DNA of 64,000 nt from Acidobacteriota bacterium (GTDB lineage: Bacteria > Acidobacteriota > Vicinamibacteria > Vicinamibacterales > UBA2999): assembly GCA_020851325.1 (NCBI GenBank), contig JADZCY010000212.1, positions 8,619-72,618 of the forward strand. The letters are read 5' to 3'. Below the pieces are notes generated by a model. That model saw nothing but the letters and a program-made list of their open reading frames with translations. It was not told the origin of the DNA and did no database searches. Below, piece by piece: positions 10,642 to 23,507 of this stretch; the first letter of the stretch is position 1; each line of letters starts with the position of its first letter. Position numbers and translations under genes: made by a program.

Positions 10642-11391
10642 ATGGCCATGACCGTCACCCTGAAAGTCTGGCGCCAGGCCGCCCCGTCGGCGGAGGGACG
10701 CTTCGAGACCTACAAGACCGATCACGCGCATCCGGACATGTCGTTCCTCGAGATGCTGGACGTGGTGAACGAGGAACTGATCAAGAGCGGCAAGGACCCG
10801 ATCGCGTTCGACTCGGACTGCCGTGAAGGCATCTGCGGCAGTTGCGGCCTGGTCATCGACGGCATCCCGCACGGGCCCGACAAGGGCGCGACGACCTGCC
10901 AGGTGCACATGCGGCGCTTCCGGAATGGCGACACCATCACCATCGAGCCGTTCCGCGCCAAGGCGTTTCCGGTGTTGAAGGATCTGGTCGTCGATCGCGG
11001 CGCCTTCGACCGCATCATCGCCGCCGGCGGTTATGTGTCGATGAACGTCGGCGGCGCGCAGGACGGCAACTGCCTGCCGATTCCGAAGGACATCGCCGAC
11101 CTGGCGATGGACAACGCGCAGTGCATCGGCTGCGGCGCCTGTGTGGCCGCCTGTAAGAACGCCGCCGCGCATCTCTTCACCTCGGCGAAGATCACGCACC
11201 TCGGCCTGCTGCCGCAGGGCGAGCCCGAACAGGCCCGCCGCGTCGTCCGCATGGTGGAACAGATGGACGCCGAAGGCTTCGGCGCCTGCTCGAACGAGGG
11301 TGAGTGCGAAGCGGTGTGCCCGAAGGAGATTTCCATCGCCAGCATCGCCCGCATGAACCGCGACTACCTGAAAGCCGCGGTCGGCAAGTAG
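10642..11391 (+). CDS. sdhB: succinate dehydrogenase iron-sulfur subunit
   Basis: [12 protein letters not shown].... Cluster motifs [21 protein letters not shown], and [12 protein letters not shown]. Confidence 0.9.
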   Translation: MAMTVTLKVWRQAAPSAEGRFETYKTDHAHPDMSFLEMLDVVNEELIKSGKDPIAFDSDCREGICGSCGLVIDGIPHGPDKGATTCQVHMRRFRNGDTITIEPFRAKAFPVLKDLVVDRGAFDRIIAAGGYVSMNVGGAQDGNCLPIPKDIADLAMDNAQCIGCGACVAACKNAAAHLFTSAKITHLGLLPQGEPEQARRVVRMVEQMDAEGFGACSNEGECEAVCPKEISIASIARMNRDYLKAAVGK

Positions 11392-11521
11392 GAAAGAAAC
11401 CACGAAGGCACGACGGAACACGAAGAACGCGAAGAACTCAAAGGGAAAACCCTTCTTGAGACCTTCGCGCCCTTCGTGATCAACAGTGTTTTCTTCGTGC
11501 CTTCGTGATCTCTTTTGGTCG
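11392..11521. repeat. palindromic CACGAAGG/CCTTCGTG-family intergenic element between convergent sdhB and mdh
   Basis: GAAACCACGAAGGCACGA...CTCAAAGGGAAAACCCTTCTTGAG...TCGTGCCTTCGTGATC. The terminal inverted arms are related to the elements at 51.75 kb and 52.86 kb. Probably a bidirectional terminator structure. Confidence 0.6.
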
Positions 11522-12475
11522 TCAGACCTTGATGACGTCGACCAGTTCCTTCACCGCGCCGGCCGACTTGTGCAGCGCGGCCTTCTCGTCGGCGGTCAGC
11601 GGCACTTCGATGATTTCCTGCACGCCGTTGGCACCCAGCTTGACCGGGACGCCGACGAAGAGGTCGTTGATCCCGTACTCACCCTGCAGGAACACCGAGC
11701 ACGGCATGATGCGCTGCTGATCCTTCAGGATCGCTTCCACCATGTCCGCCGCCGAGGCGCCGGGCGCGTACCAGGCGCTGGTGCCCACCAGCTTCGTGAT
11801 CTCGGCGCCGCCGTTGGCCGTGCGCGTGCAGATCTCGTCCAGGCGCGCCTGCGACAGCTTGCCCATCTTCACCAGTTCGGTCAGCGGAATGCCGGCCACC
11901 GTCGACAGGCGCGGCAGCGGCACCATCGTGTCGCCGTGGCCGCCGAGCACGAAGCACGTGACGTCCGACACCGACACCTTCAGCTCCTCGGCCACGAACG
12001 TCCGCATGCGCGCCGAGTCCAGCACGCCGGCCATGCCGATCACGCGCTGGCGCGGGAAGCCGCTCAGACGAAACACCGCCTGCGACATGGCGTCGAGCGG
12101 ATTGGCCACCGGCACGATGATCGTGTTCGGCGAGTGCTTGACGATCTGCGTCGTCACGCTCTGCATGATCTGGTAGTTGACGTTGAGGAGGTCGTCGCGG
12201 CTCATGCCCGGCTTGCGCGGCATGCCCGACGTGATGACGACGACGTCGGAGTTCGCGGTGAACGCAAAGCCTTCATCGGTGGCGCCGACGCCGATGACGC
12301 GCGACGCCGATCCTTCCACGGCGCACGACTGGTAGATGTCGAGCGCGACGCCCTGCGCCTTCGTCTCCGCGATATCGACGATGACGACATCGGCGAGTTC
12401 CTTCTGCGACACTGCGCGCGCGACGGTCGCACCGACGTTGCCCGCTCCTCCGACCACCGTGACCTTGCGATTCAT
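11522..12475 (-). CDS. mdh: malate dehydrogenase (LDH-like family)
   Basis: [19 protein letters not shown]...[11 protein letters not shown]. Confidence 0.95.
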   Translation of the reverse strand: MNRKVTVVGGAGNVGATVARAVSQKELADVVIVDIAETKAQGVALDIYQSCAVEGSASRVIGVGATDEGFAFTANSDVVVITSGMPRKPGMSRDDLLNVNYQIMQSVTTQIVKHSPNTIIVPVANPLDAMSQAVFRLSGFPRQRVIGMAGVLDSARMRTFVAEELKVSVSDVTCFVLGGHGDTMVPLPRLSTVAGIPLTELVKMGKLSQARLDEICTRTANGGAEITKLVGTSAWYAPGASAADMVEAILKDQQRIMPCSVFLQGEYGINDLFVGVPVKLGANGVQEIIEVPLTADEKAALHKSAGAVKELVDVIKV

Positions 12476-12717
12476 GCCTGTCTCCTGAACGAGAAAATGA
12501 CTTTAGGGCAGTTTGCCTGCCGGCCGTCCGACGCGTCCACACCTTCTGTGGAAAACCCTGTGGATATCACCGCGTAAACACCGCGTGACGCGCGCAATCC
12601 CGAAGAAATCTGCGGATTGCACCAGTGATGATGCATCACACCGCCCCTTCGAACCTTTCCCATCGGTTCTGAACCTGTCATTATAACGAGCTCATTCCTT
12701 CTCTGGAGACATCCCTC

Positions 12718-14289
12718 TTGCGTATTGTTGTTGCAGACGATCTACCTGCTTCCGCGCTCGACCTGTTGCGCGCCGAAGGCTGGACCATCGACGCGAAGTC
12801 CGGCCGCACTCCCGATCAACTGAAAGTCGATCTCGCCGACGCCGACGCCATCGTCGTGCGCAGCGCCACGAAAGTGACCGCCGACATCATCGCCGCCGCG
12901 CCGCGCCTGCGGGCAATTGCCCGTGCCGGTACCGGTGTCGACAACGTGCAGGTGGACGCCGCCAGCGCCCGCGGCATCGTCGTGATGAATGCGCCGGGCG
13001 CCAACAGCATTTCCGTCGCGGAACTGGCGCTGGCACAGATTCTGGCGCTGGCACGCAAACTGCCGGCGGCCGACGCGTCGATGAAGCAGGGCGTGTGGGA
13101 CAAGAAGAGTTTTGTCGGCGAAGAGATCCGCGGCAAGGTGCTCGGCCTCGCGGGGCTTGGACGGATTGGCCAGGAAGTGGCTCGGCGCGCCCAGGCGTTC
13201 GAGATGAGCGTCATCGCGCACGATCCGTTCATCTCGGCGCAGGTGGCGGCGGATCTTGGCATCGAGCTTGTCTCGATGGACGATCTCTGCGCCCGCGCCG
13301 ACTATCTGTCGCTGCACATGCCGTCGACGCCGCAGACGCGCCGCACCTTCAATGCCGAGCGCCTGGCCCTGTGCAAGAAGGGGCTGAAGATCGTCAACAC
13401 CGCGCGTGGTGATCTCATCGACGAAGCGGCGCTGGCGGCGGCGATCGAAAGCGGCCACATCGGCGGCGCCGCGCTCGACGTGTACGACAGCGAGCCGACG
13501 AAGGATCACACCTTGCAAAAGCTGGCGAAGGTGGTGGCCAGTCCGCACATCGCCGCGTCGACGCGCGAAGGCCAGGAACTGGTCGGCGTCGAAACGGCGT
13601 CGGCGCTGCGCGACTTCCTCAAGTCCGGCGTCATCCGCAATGCCGTCAACTTCCCCGCCGTCGCGCCCGACGAGTTTCAGCGCCTGCAGCCCTACATGGC
13701 GCTTGGCGAACAGCTGGGTGCGCTTGTTGGGCAGATGGGCGAAGCCCGCATCGAAAAGCTCGGCGTGCGCTACTACGGCGAACTCGCCGGTCAGCACCCG
13801 CTCATCGTCAACGCGGTACTGGTGGGGTTGTTCCGCGCCATCCTGCTCGATCCGGTGACCGCGGTGAACGCGCGGAGCACGGCGGAATCGCGCGGCATCG
13901 AGATCGTGGAGTCATCCAGCTCGCGCGCGCGCAACTTCCGGAGCCTCCTGTCCGTGAAGCTCACGACCGACGCCGGCGAACGCTGGGTGGAAGGGATCGT
14001 CGTCGATCGGACGCCGCGGCTGGTGCTGCTGAACGGCGTGCCGGTGGACGCGCCGCTCGGCGGCACGCTGCTGCTGATCAGCAACACCGATCAACCAGGC
14101 GTGATCGGTGACGTCGGCACGCTGCTGGGCGGGAAAGGCGTGAACATCGCCAACTTCGCGCTCGGCCGCGGCGACGGCGGCGCCGTCGGCATCGTCAACG
14201 TGGATGATCCGGCGGGTGCGGTCGACAAGCTGCTGGACGACATCCGCGGCATCACGGCGGTCAAGGCCGCCTGGGTCGTCAGGGTCTGA
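12718..14289 (+). CDS. serA: D-3-phosphoglycerate dehydrogenase with C-terminal ACT domain
   Basis: MRIVVADDLP...GLGRIGQEVARRA (NAD fold)...LLISNTDQPGVIGDVGTLLGGKGVNIANF (ACT). TTG start preceded by GGAGAC. Confidence 0.9.
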   Translation: MRIVVADDLPASALDLLRAEGWTIDAKSGRTPDQLKVDLADADAIVVRSATKVTADIIAAAPRLRAIARAGTGVDNVQVDAASARGIVVMNAPGANSISVAELALAQILALARKLPAADASMKQGVWDKKSFVGEEIRGKVLGLAGLGRIGQEVARRAQAFEMSVIAHDPFISAQVAADLGIELVSMDDLCARADYLSLHMPSTPQTRRTFNAERLALCKKGLKIVNTARGDLIDEAALAAAIESGHIGGAALDVYDSEPTKDHTLQKLAKVVASPHIAASTREGQELVGVETASALRDFLKSGVIRNAVNFPAVAPDEFQRLQPYMALGEQLGALVGQMGEARIEKLGVRYYGELAGQHPLIVNAVLVGLFRAILLDPVTAVNARSTAESRGIEIVESSSSRARNFRSLLSVKLTTDAGERWVEGIVVDRTPRLVLLNGVPVDAPLGGTLLLISNTDQPGVIGDVGTLLGGKGVNIANFALGRGDGGAVGIVNVDDPAGAVDKLLDDIRGITAVKAAWVVRV

Positions 14290-14488
14290 ACCACCCGGAG
14301 AGCCTGGGGGGCTTGAAGGGCTTACGGCTTGGAGGGCTTGGAAGACGTGGATGCCCTACCGCGCGTGAGCGCGGTCCTGCCTGTCCCACCGCCGCGATGC
14401 GGCGGTCCTGCAACGCCTGGAGGGCCCCCCAGCTTGCCCTGAGCGCAGTCGAAGGGCCCTCCAAGCCTTCCAAGCCCTTCAAGCCCTC
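14290..14488. repeat. hairpin-type repeat element: GGCTTGRAGGG arms around a conserved core
   Basis: Left arm GGCTTGAAGGGCTTACGGCTTGGAGGGCTTGGAAG; right arm CTCCAAGCCTTCCAAGCCCTTCAAGCCC. Core AGCTTGCCCTGAGCGCAGTCGAAGGG (14431-14456) is the reverse complement of the core at 51779 and 52882. Confidence 0.7.
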
Positions 14489-15043
14489 TTATTTCAGTTT
14501 CAACGTCGTGTCGCCGCTCGCGTCCCTGAGCGTTACCTGGGTCGCGCTCACCGCGACCACGGTGTAGCCACCGGGCAGCGCGTCGCCGGCCTTCACGAAA
14601 TGCAGCGTCTGGCCGTCGGAAATCATGGCGGTCAGCACCGCCGCCTCACCGCTGCGTTCGGTGGCAATGCCCGACAGCGACAGCACCGGACCGGGATTGG
14701 GAACAAGAACGGCGTCGGCGTCTGTCGCCGCCGCATCGCTGGCGGCGTTTCCCGGAGCGACCGTGCCGCCAGACAGCGACGCCGACGGCCGGGCCGTCCG
14801 ACCGCCGAACACGAACGGGTTTCTGGTCGGACTCGGCGCTTCCACCGGCCGCTGCAGGCGCAGGCGAAGCTCCTGGGCGCGCGGCGCCACCGGCACCTCG
14901 ACGCCGAGCGGCCGCGGACCGGCGGCGCGTTCCTGTTGATTGCGGGCTTCGCGCGCGGCGCCGATCCGGTCGCCCAGGCCCCAGCCGGCGCTCAGGCCGA
15001 GGATGCCGACGAGCGCCACCAACCGCCATTGCATGCCGCTCAT
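14489..15043 (-). CDS. hypothetical membrane-anchored protein with PilP/GspC-like C-terminal segment
   Basis: N-terminal TM (WRLVALVGILGLSAGWGL), a low-complexity Pro/Ala linker, and the C-terminus DGQTLHFVKAGDALPGGYTVVAVSATQVTLRD. The C-terminus resembles the PilP in this window (GKVFTARAGDKLADGTIRAITAESVTLLEQ). Confidence 0.5.
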   Translation of the reverse strand: MSGMQWRLVALVGILGLSAGWGLGDRIGAAREARNQQERAAGPRPLGVEVPVAPRAQELRLRLQRPVEAPSPTRNPFVFGGRTARPSASLSGGTVAPGNAASDAAATDADAVLVPNPGPVLSLSGIATERSGEAAVLTAMISDGQTLHFVKAGDALPGGYTVVAVSATQVTLRDASGDTTLKLK

Positions 15044-15096
15044 TCTATCCGCGTATCGGAATCGGCGGCGGCCGGCAACAGGGCGGGCGTGTCGCC

Positions 15097-18363
<3,267 letters not shown>

Positions 18364-18371
<8 letters not shown>

Positions 18372-19323
18372 TCTCGGGCTCGCCCGCAAGGTCCTGCAGA
18401 CCGAAGCCGCCGCGATCCTCGCGCTCGTCGATCGCCTGGACGGCGAGTTCACGCGCGCGGTGGAAGCCGTGCGTCATTGCCGCGGCCGCGTCATCCTCAC
18501 CGGCATGGGCAAGAGCGGCATCATCTGCCGCAAGATTGCCGCGACGCTCTCCTCCACCGGCACGCCGGCGTTCTTCCTGCACCCGGCCGAAGCCGTGCAC
18601 GGCGACCTTGGCGTCATCCAGGCCGAGGATGTGGTGATCGCGCTGTCGTACAGCGGCGAAACCGAAGAGCTGACGCGCGTGCTCGAAACGATCAAGCGAC
18701 TGGGCGCGACGCTCATCGCCATCACCGGCGACATGCGCTCGTCACTCGCCGCGGCCGCCGATGTGGCGCTCGATGGTCACGTGTCCGAAGAGGCGTGCCC
18801 GATGAATTTGGTGCCCACCGCGTCCACCACCGCCGCCCTTGCGCTCGGCGACGCCCTGGCGATGGCCGTGCTCGTCGAGAAGGGTTTCAAGCCGGAAGAC
18901 TTCGCCAGCCTGCATCCCGGCGGCAAGCTCGGCAAGCGCCTCATGCGCGCGCATCAGTTGATGCACGCCGGCGAAGACTGCCCCATCGTCCGGCTCGACG
19001 ATCCGATGCACACGGTGCTCGACGTGATCATGCGCAAGGGGCTCGGGATGACGGCGGTGGTCAACGCCGACGAGCGCATTGCCGGCATCATCACCGACGG
19101 CGACATCCGCCGCCGCCTGGCGTCCGGGCTCGATTTCCGCGGCCTGTCGGCGCGCGACGTGATGAGCGCCAACCCGGTGACCGTGACGGCCGACACCATG
19201 GCCGTCGAGGCCCTCGCGCTGCTCGAGCGCCGCAAGATCACCTCCGTCGTCGTCATCGACGATCAGCGGCGCGTGGCCGGCGTGCTCCACCTGCACGACC
19301 TGTGGCGCACGGAGATGGTGTAG
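18364..19323 (+). CDS. kdsD: arabinose-5-phosphate isomerase (KpsF/GutQ family; SIS + tandem CBS)
   Basis: GRVILTGMGKSGIICRKIAATLSSTGTPAFFLHPAEAVHGDLG (SIS) plus C-terminal CBS pair. GTG start overlaps the kdsA stop. Confidence 0.9.
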
Positions 19324-19334
19324 GGCCTGCCCTC

Positions 19335-20558
19335 GTGGACGTCCAGGCCTACGCTCCGCTCATCTCGGCGCTCGTCGCCCTCCTGCTCGGTCTGGCGATC
19401 GGCAAGGCGTGGGAACGCTACAAGCTGCGCGACGGCCGCTGGATCGATCGGCGCAAGGTCCGCGATTCGCAGCACTACGTGCTTGGCTTGAACTTCCTCG
19501 TCTCGAACCAGATCGACCTGGCGATCGAGGAACTGAGCCGCGCCGCCCGCGTCGACGCCGACGCGTTGGAGATTCACCTGATCCTCGGCAACGTCTATCG
19601 CGAGCGCGGTCAGGTGTCGCGCGCCATCCAGGTGCACCAGGGGCTGCTGCAGCGGCCGAAACTGACGCGGCTGGAACACAGCTACGTGCTGCTCTGCCTC
19701 GGCCTCGACTACAAGCGCGGCGGCTTCGTCGACCGCGCCCTCGAGGCGTTCACCGAGGTGCTGCGGCTGTCGCCCGACAACCAGTACGCGCTGCTCTATC
19801 TCCAGAAGCTGTACGAAGAACAGCATCAGTGGGCCGACGCGTACCGCGTGCGTCGTCAACTGGTGGACCTCAACGGCCCCGACACGCAGCCGCGCAACCT
19901 GGCCATTCTCGGCTTCATCGAGAACGCCATGGGCATGGAAGCGGCCAAGGCCGGCGATCGCGACAAGGCGACGAAGCACTTCGAATCGGCCATCGCGCAC
20001 GACGCGGCCACGACACCGGCGCATCTCAATCTCGGTGACGCGCAGCTTGCCGCCGGTGAACGCGCCGAGGCCGTGGCGACGTGGACGCGGCTGATCGAGG
20101 TGTCGCCGGAACGCGCGCACCTCGCGTTCGAGCGGCTCGAACGGCTGTACGACAGCGAGGGACAGGGACGACAGTTCGAGGCGGACTGCCGGCGCTTCAT
20201 CGATGGCCGGCCGCAGGACTGGCGTGTGCGCATGGCGCTGGCGCGGCATCTGTCGCGGCGGGGCGAGCCGGCCGCGGCGTTCCCCGTGCTTCTCGAGGCG
20301 CTCGAACAGAATCCGCACGGCCTCACGGTGCATCAAGCCGTGTGGGACACGCTGCGGCAGTTGTCGCTCGACAGCGCGCTCGTGCAGCGCTACATCGACG
20401 CCGCGCGCAGCGCCGTGTTCTTCCTCGATCCGCACGTGTGCCTGAAGTGCCACTACCGCAGCACCGAGCTGCTCTGGCAGTGTCCGCATTGCCACGAGTG
20501 GAACTCGTTCGTCGAAGAACGCATCGCCGCGGCAAGGCAGCCGTCGACGGAGATGTAG
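19335..20558 (+). CDS. lapB: LapB/YciM-like LPS assembly regulator (TM + TPR + rubredoxin-type C-terminus)
   Basis: Part of track ORF 18477..20558. N-terminal TM (LISALVALLLGLAIGKAWERY), TPR repeats, and C-terminal CLKCHYRSTELLWQCPHCHEW (CxxC-x11-CxxC). GTG at 19335 is the first plausible start after the kdsD stop. Confidence 0.8.
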   Translation: MDVQAYAPLISALVALLLGLAIGKAWERYKLRDGRWIDRRKVRDSQHYVLGLNFLVSNQIDLAIEELSRAARVDADALEIHLILGNVYRERGQVSRAIQVHQGLLQRPKLTRLEHSYVLLCLGLDYKRGGFVDRALEAFTEVLRLSPDNQYALLYLQKLYEEQHQWADAYRVRRQLVDLNGPDTQPRNLAILGFIENAMGMEAAKAGDRDKATKHFESAIAHDAATTPAHLNLGDAQLAAGERAEAVATWTRLIEVSPERAHLAFERLERLYDSEGQGRQFEADCRRFIDGRPQDWRVRMALARHLSRRGEPAAAFPVLLEALEQNPHGLTVHQAVWDTLRQLSLDSALVQRYIDAARSAVFFLDPHVCLKCHYRSTELLWQCPHCHEWNSFVEERIAAARQPSTEM

Positions 20559-20617
20559 GGCTGGGGGGCTGGAGGACTGGGGGGCTGGAGGACTGGGGGG
20601 CTGGGGGGCTGGAGGCC
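20558..20617 (+). repeat. G-rich 8-bp-period tandem repeat (GGCTGGGG / GGCTGGAG / GACTGGGG)
   Basis: GGGCTGGGGGGCTGGAGGACTGGGGGGCTGGAGGACTGGGGGGCTGGGGGGCTGGAGGCC, starting inside the lapB stop codon. Confidence 0.8.
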
Positions 20618-20678
20618 ACGAAGCGTGACAGACCTGTGGCAGTCGTGAAGGCAGACGTTTTGCTCCCGGTCTGCCGGA

Positions 20679-21128
20679 ATGCACACGACTGTCCTCCGCA
20701 CGCTACGTGCGGCCTCCCTCTTCGCCGCCATCTTCCTTGCGACCGGCTGCGGTGATGACGACGCCGTCACCACGCCGACCTCCCCCACGCAAACCGCCGC
20801 TGACGCCAGCATCGTCGACACCTTCGAGGGTCGTCTGCCCGTCGGCACCGAGTCGTTCTATTCGTTCACGGTCAACGAGTACGGCACCGTCACCGTGCAG
20901 TTCGAATCGATCGGCGGATCGTTTGTCCCATCGACGCTGATGATGGGCATCGGCCTCGGCCAGCCGGCCGGGACCGACTGCGTGACGACCACCACATTGA
21001 ACACCGCACCGGGTACCGCGCCCCAGGTGACGGGCGTCTACGAGGCTGGCGTTTACTGCGCCAAGATCTGGGACCTCGGCAACCTCTACGCGCCGGCGGA
21101 CTTCCGCCTGCTCATCGCCCACCCGTGA
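20679..21128 (+). CDS. small lipoprotein, paralog 1 of 3
   Basis: Lipobox LATGC. Shares FxGxL..G..(F)YSFT, IGLGxGxPxGxxC, and G..C..V(W)DxG motifs with the next two ORFs. Confidence 0.65.
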   Translation: MHTTVLRTLRAASLFAAIFLATGCGDDDAVTTPTSPTQTAADASIVDTFEGRLPVGTESFYSFTVNEYGTVTVQFESIGGSFVPSTLMMGIGLGQPAGTDCVTTTTLNTAPGTAPQVTGVYEAGVYCAKIWDLGNLYAPADFRLLIAHP

Positions 21129-21544
21129 CGCGCCTCGTTCTGCTCGTCGCGGCGATGGCGACGCTGGCGGCCTGCGGCGGTGACACCGCCACCTCGCCGT
21201 CGCCGATCGAATCGAAGACGATGACCGAGCAGTCGTTCTCGGGCACGCTCGACCCCCACGGTCAACGCTTCTACTCGTTCACCGCCACCGAGGGCACGTC
21301 GCTCATCGTGCTGCTCGGCAGCCTGTCGACGGGATCGGCGCCGGCCACATCCGTGCGGATTGGCCTCGGCGTCGGCACACCGGCGGGCACGGGTTGCGCC
21401 GTGCGTGAGTCGGTGGTGACGGCAGCGGCGCTGACCGCGCAGCTTCGCACGTCGGTGGCCAAGGGCATTCACTGCGTCACCGTCTACGACACCGGCACGC
21501 TCACCGAATCCGTCAGCTTCGCGCTGCGCTTCTCCTACTACTGA
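21125..21544 (+). CDS. small lipoprotein, paralog 2 of 3
   Basis: Lipobox LAAC. GTGA overlap with paralog 1. Same motif set (FYSFTATEG, IGLGVGTPAGTGC, GIHCVTVYDTG). Confidence 0.65.
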   Translation: MTRLVLLVAAMATLAACGGDTATSPSPIESKTMTEQSFSGTLDPHGQRFYSFTATEGTSLIVLLGSLSTGSAPATSVRIGLGVGTPAGTGCAVRESVVTAAALTAQLRTSVAKGIHCVTVYDTGTLTESVSFALRFSYY

Positions 21545-21545
21545 C

Positions 21546-21950
21546 ATGCGTCGCGCCATTCTGCTCTCGATGCTGATCTCGCTGGCCACTGCGTGCAGCG
21601 ACACGCCAACCTCGCCCGACGCGGTCGACACGCCGCCCTACACCGCCATCTTCGCCAGCACCATTACCGCCCAGGGAGCGGCCTCACGATCGTTCACGGC
21701 GCTCGGCTCCGGAGAAATGACCCTCACGCTGACCTCGACAACGCCGGCGAACATCGCGCTGGGCCTTGGCGTCGGCATTCCTCGCGACGACGGGCGCGGT
21801 TGCCATCTCGCGCGTGCGGTCACGACGAGCGCGGGAACGACGGCGCAGATCGCCATGCCGATGGACGCCGGGGCGTTCTGCGTTCAGGTGTACGACGTCG
21901 GCGAAGTGGCGCAGCAGGCTGGCTTCTCGGTGACGCTCACGCACCCGTAG
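21546..21950 (+). CDS. small lipoprotein, paralog 3 of 3
   Basis: Lipobox LATAC. Starts 1 nt after the paralog 2 stop. Same motif set (LGLGVGIPRDDGRGC, GAFCVQVYDVG). Confidence 0.65.
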   Translation: MRRAILLSMLISLATACSDTPTSPDAVDTPPYTAIFASTITAQGAASRSFTALGSGEMTLTLTSTTPANIALGLGVGIPRDDGRGCHLARAVTTSAGTTAQIAMPMDAGAFCVQVYDVGEVAQQAGFSVTLTHP

Positions 21951-22548
21951 CCGCGGCGCGTCTGCGCAGCGCCGCCAGCACGGCGTCCACGGCGCGATCC
22001 GTGTCGGCAAAGGTGCCGCTCGTGTCGACCACGAAGTCCGCGCGCGCCACCTTGTCGGCGATGGGCCACTGCGCCGCCATGCGGCGTTCGGCCTGCTCCG
22101 CCGTCGCGCCGTCGCGCGCCATGACGCGCGCCCGCTGCATCTCCGGCGGACACGCGGCAACAACCACCACGTCGAAGTCGCGCTCGCGACCGGTCTCGAA
22201 CAGCAGCGGGATGTCGGCCACGGCGAACGGCGCAGCGGCCGAGTGTTCGGCGAGAAACGCGTCGATGCTGCGGCGCACTGCGGGATGGATGATCAGTTCG
22301 AGATCGCGTCGTGCCGCCGGATCCGCGAACACGATGGCGGCAAGAGCCGCGCGATCCAGCGTGCCGTCAGCAGCGATCACGCCTGAGCCGAAGCGGCGGA
22401 GAACGGCGTCGAGACCAGGTGTCCCTGGCGCCACCACCTCTCGCGCGACGACATCCGCGTCGATCACCGGCACACCGGCATCGCGCAGTCGTGCCGCAAC
22501 GTAGCTCTTCCCCGTGGCAATGCCGCCGGTCAGGGCGACGCGGATCAT
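21937..22548 (-). CDS. coaE: dephospho-CoA kinase
   Basis: MIRVALTGGIATGKSYVAARL (P-loop). ATG at 22548 confirmed. Its 3' end overlaps the convergent lipoprotein gene by 14 nt. Confidence 0.85.
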   Translation of the reverse strand: MIRVALTGGIATGKSYVAARLRDAGVPVIDADVVAREVVAPGTPGLDAVLRRFGSGVIAADGTLDRAALAAIVFADPAARRDLELIIHPAVRRSIDAFLAEHSAAAPFAVADIPLLFETGRERDFDVVVVAACPPEMQRARVMARDGATAEQAERRMAAQWPIADKVARADFVVDTSGTFADTDRAVDAVLAALRRRAAATGA

Positions 22549-22555
22549 GGGTGGT

Positions 22556-23491
<936 letters not shown>

Positions 23492-23507
23492 TCCCGTCGA
23501 GCGCGTC

